Assembly: GCA_965285935.1 (NCBI GenBank)
Contig: OZ260665.1
Location: 29,450,001-29,514,000, forward strand
Source of the DNA: Ophelia neglecta
Taxonomy: Eukaryota
Direction: 5' to 3'
Length of the DNA stretch: 64,000 nucleotides
Shown: positions 61,601 through 64,000 of the stretch, one piece after another
Numbering within the stretch: the first letter of the stretch is position 1
Layout: each line of letters opens with the position of its first letter
The notes under the pieces: model-generated
Told to the model about the DNA's origin: nothing
Database searches by the model: none
Seen by the model: only the letters and a program-made list of their open reading frames with translations
Position numbers and translations under genes: made by a program

Positions 61601-64000
61601 ATATTTTATTAAACCTAAAAATATAGATACAAAAGTAAATTGTTTGTTTGGCCAAAGCTAGAAAATATTTTGTTTCACTAGAAAAAAAATTGCCCCCCCC
61701 CCCCCCCAATATCAATGGTGCATCCCTAAAGACAGATGCTCACTCTGGCAAGTCTGAATTATATTTTTTCCATCCTACACTTACTAGACAATGAAATAAT
61801 CATGCACTACAATTATGTTATCAGTGATTTAGCACTACTGCAACTGATTGCTAAGAAATTCGAATGTGTTTCCCTGATTGTGGCCACCTAACCAATAAAG
61901 CTAAAACAAATTTAGATTATTTGTATGGTAGATATCACAAACATTACTGAGCTATAAATGTTTCTTTGCCCAATTGAGCAAATTTTGACTGAACATCTTT
62001 ATGTCAAATGGCCAAGTTTGACCCAAATTTGACTGAACTTTTAGGTCAAATGACAAGAATTGACACCATGTTTTGCTTTGCATAGACTATGACTAAACAA
62101 TTGCTATCTATCACCATTTATTGCTAAACTATTGCTGCCACTGCTGAAGACATGCTGGCTTGGGGATTTTAAGCCTTTTCTTTTTATTTTTTTTTATTTT
62201 CCATTTCAGTTTCAGAGAAATGCTGTCTTCTTACTGAAAGAATTAAAAAACTTTGAAACAGACATGTGGCAATCAATTGAGATGTATAATTAACTAATGA
62301 AGATTATAATGGATGAAGAATGTGCAGTTACCTGAGATAAGTACCATTAAAAGCCTTGGCAACATGTGTCAAAGTTGAGTTTAATGTCAACTTATTAAAA
62401 GGCAACACAATTTTTACAGGAATATAAAGTTTCTTCAATAACTTTTTCATTATTTAAGCAATTCATATGCGGTTATATTTTAGGAGAGAGGTAAAAAGCA
62501 GGAGTAGATAGGTGACAGAAAAAGCAAAATAATTAATCAAGAAAACTTCGTCAAATCAGCCCGGAATAACTAGGAACCTGCAATCACTGGCCAACAGACA
62601 GCTACCACCAGCTTATGTACGTCAGTGTGCTTTTATATGATAATAATAAGGAAAATAAAATAAGAGAAGATAATAAAATGTTATTGTGAAATTATGGTAA
62701 AATTGAAATATTAAATGTCAACATTAAGTGATTTGCAGTAATGTAAAACATGAATTTATCATAAGCAGTTTATATTGGTAAGGACAATGATGTGCAAAAA
62801 TAACAAGCACTAAAATTGAGTTCAGGCCCACACACACAAATGCCCAGCTCCCCAACAAACAAGACATAATAGTTCTATGAATGGAATAAGTGGAATGGAA
62901 ACTTGGGAAACAAAGCAAAATCAGTAATCAAGAACAGCCCATTAAGCCCGTCCAAAATCAACAGGAGCCATCCGGTACAGCCCAACAAAAATCAATCCCC
63001 AGCAGCCCAACAATAAATAAACTTTAAATGAAAGCACAAAGAAAACGAGTCAGTGGTTAATGTAGGACAGGTGTTAAATGTGCCCTAGGAGATTGTAAGA
63101 TGGAGTAAGCTCTCTCATAATTTGTTTTTAAATCTAAAATCTGCAGATAACGACGTGTTGTGTAGTAACCCCATCTATTGGCATATTTGGAAGAAATACA
63201 AATGTATCCTGTGATAAGGACTCTTGATAAGTTCTCTTCCAAGATGTGTTTTGGGGAGGGCTTGGGATGATACACACTTAAAACGGGATTAGACACCCGG
63301 CAGACAAAGCAAAATCATTAGTCAAGAACGTTACACTTAGGTTGATTGAAAAAGCCTACCCCTAACAATATATCAACCCAACCCGAATAAATTTTCTTCA
63401 TCCGTGTAGATCTATCTCGTATCAGGTGTTACAGTATGCTGAAAACAGAAGCCACTGGTTCACAGACATCAATAAATCAATCTCAAGGTCCCAAACAATA
63501 AATATACCTGTAACCAAATAAAACATTCCAAACAAAATATTGATATCAATTGCAATAAGAAGGCTTGATTATGATCAGACAACTGATCACAATTTAACTG
63601 TTCCTTTTTTGTTGAACAAGAATATACCTCTGGCTAAGTGTGTGATATGCTGTGATAAGCTCCGTGAATTTAAATGGTCTTTTAAGTATTTAATATCAAG
63701 CACTATCAATATAGCAACGATCCTCTTGATGGCAATTTTACGTTTCCAGCTGGAATGAAATCATTTTTAAAGGGCATAAGAAATGTTACTGCAATAAAGT
63801 AAAAAAATCGATCGAAGACAGATCGATAGCTTAATTGTTTTTGCCCTATGGGGGAGGTAAATCACATAGAGAACAAGCAAACTAAAGGCTGTAGATCTAC
63901 TGTAGATATAAATAATTACCCCTTGCTCAAGTCACCTCACATCGAGAAAAAGAATTTTTCTCCTTAACTGAAGCTGTTAAAATGGAGATAAAGGAACCAC

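Overview
AT-rich, intron- and repeat-rich eukaryotic DNA from an animal genome. The repeat types suggest an invertebrate bilaterian, but that is inference. The window is dominated by one + strand gene for a K+-dependent Na+/Ca2+ exchanger (SLC24/NCKX, NCKX1/2-Nckx30C type). I reconstructed it by hand as 7 coding exons: 22297-23184, 46638-46743, 48902-49428, 50108-50245, 50436-50555, 55594-55730 and 57081-57327. All introns are GT-AG with consistent phases, giving 2163 nt and 720 aa; exon 2 is missing from the supplied ORF track. The first 325 bp hold a 5'-truncated THAP-type C2CH zinc-finger ORF in a CpG-rich patch. The rest is non-coding: non-autonomous DNA transposons (hAT MITEs with 8-bp TSDs, Tc1/mariner MITEs, a Helentron/HINE-like element with a duplicated 3' end and a nested MITE), SINE-like remnants and tandem arrays. 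The arrays include a hairpin-rich higher-order satellite at 12.9-15.3 kb and a 34-bp minisatellite at 40.6-42.8 kb whose long ORFs are artefacts. There is no CRISPR array, rRNA or convincing tRNA. I cannot demonstrate a new biological system. The best leads are a cluster of RFX X-box-like motifs inside the exon coding the His/Asn-rich NCKX loop, the stand-alone THAP ORF that may share a transcript or promoter with NCKX, and a ~25-bp motif recurring every ~392 bp near the window end.
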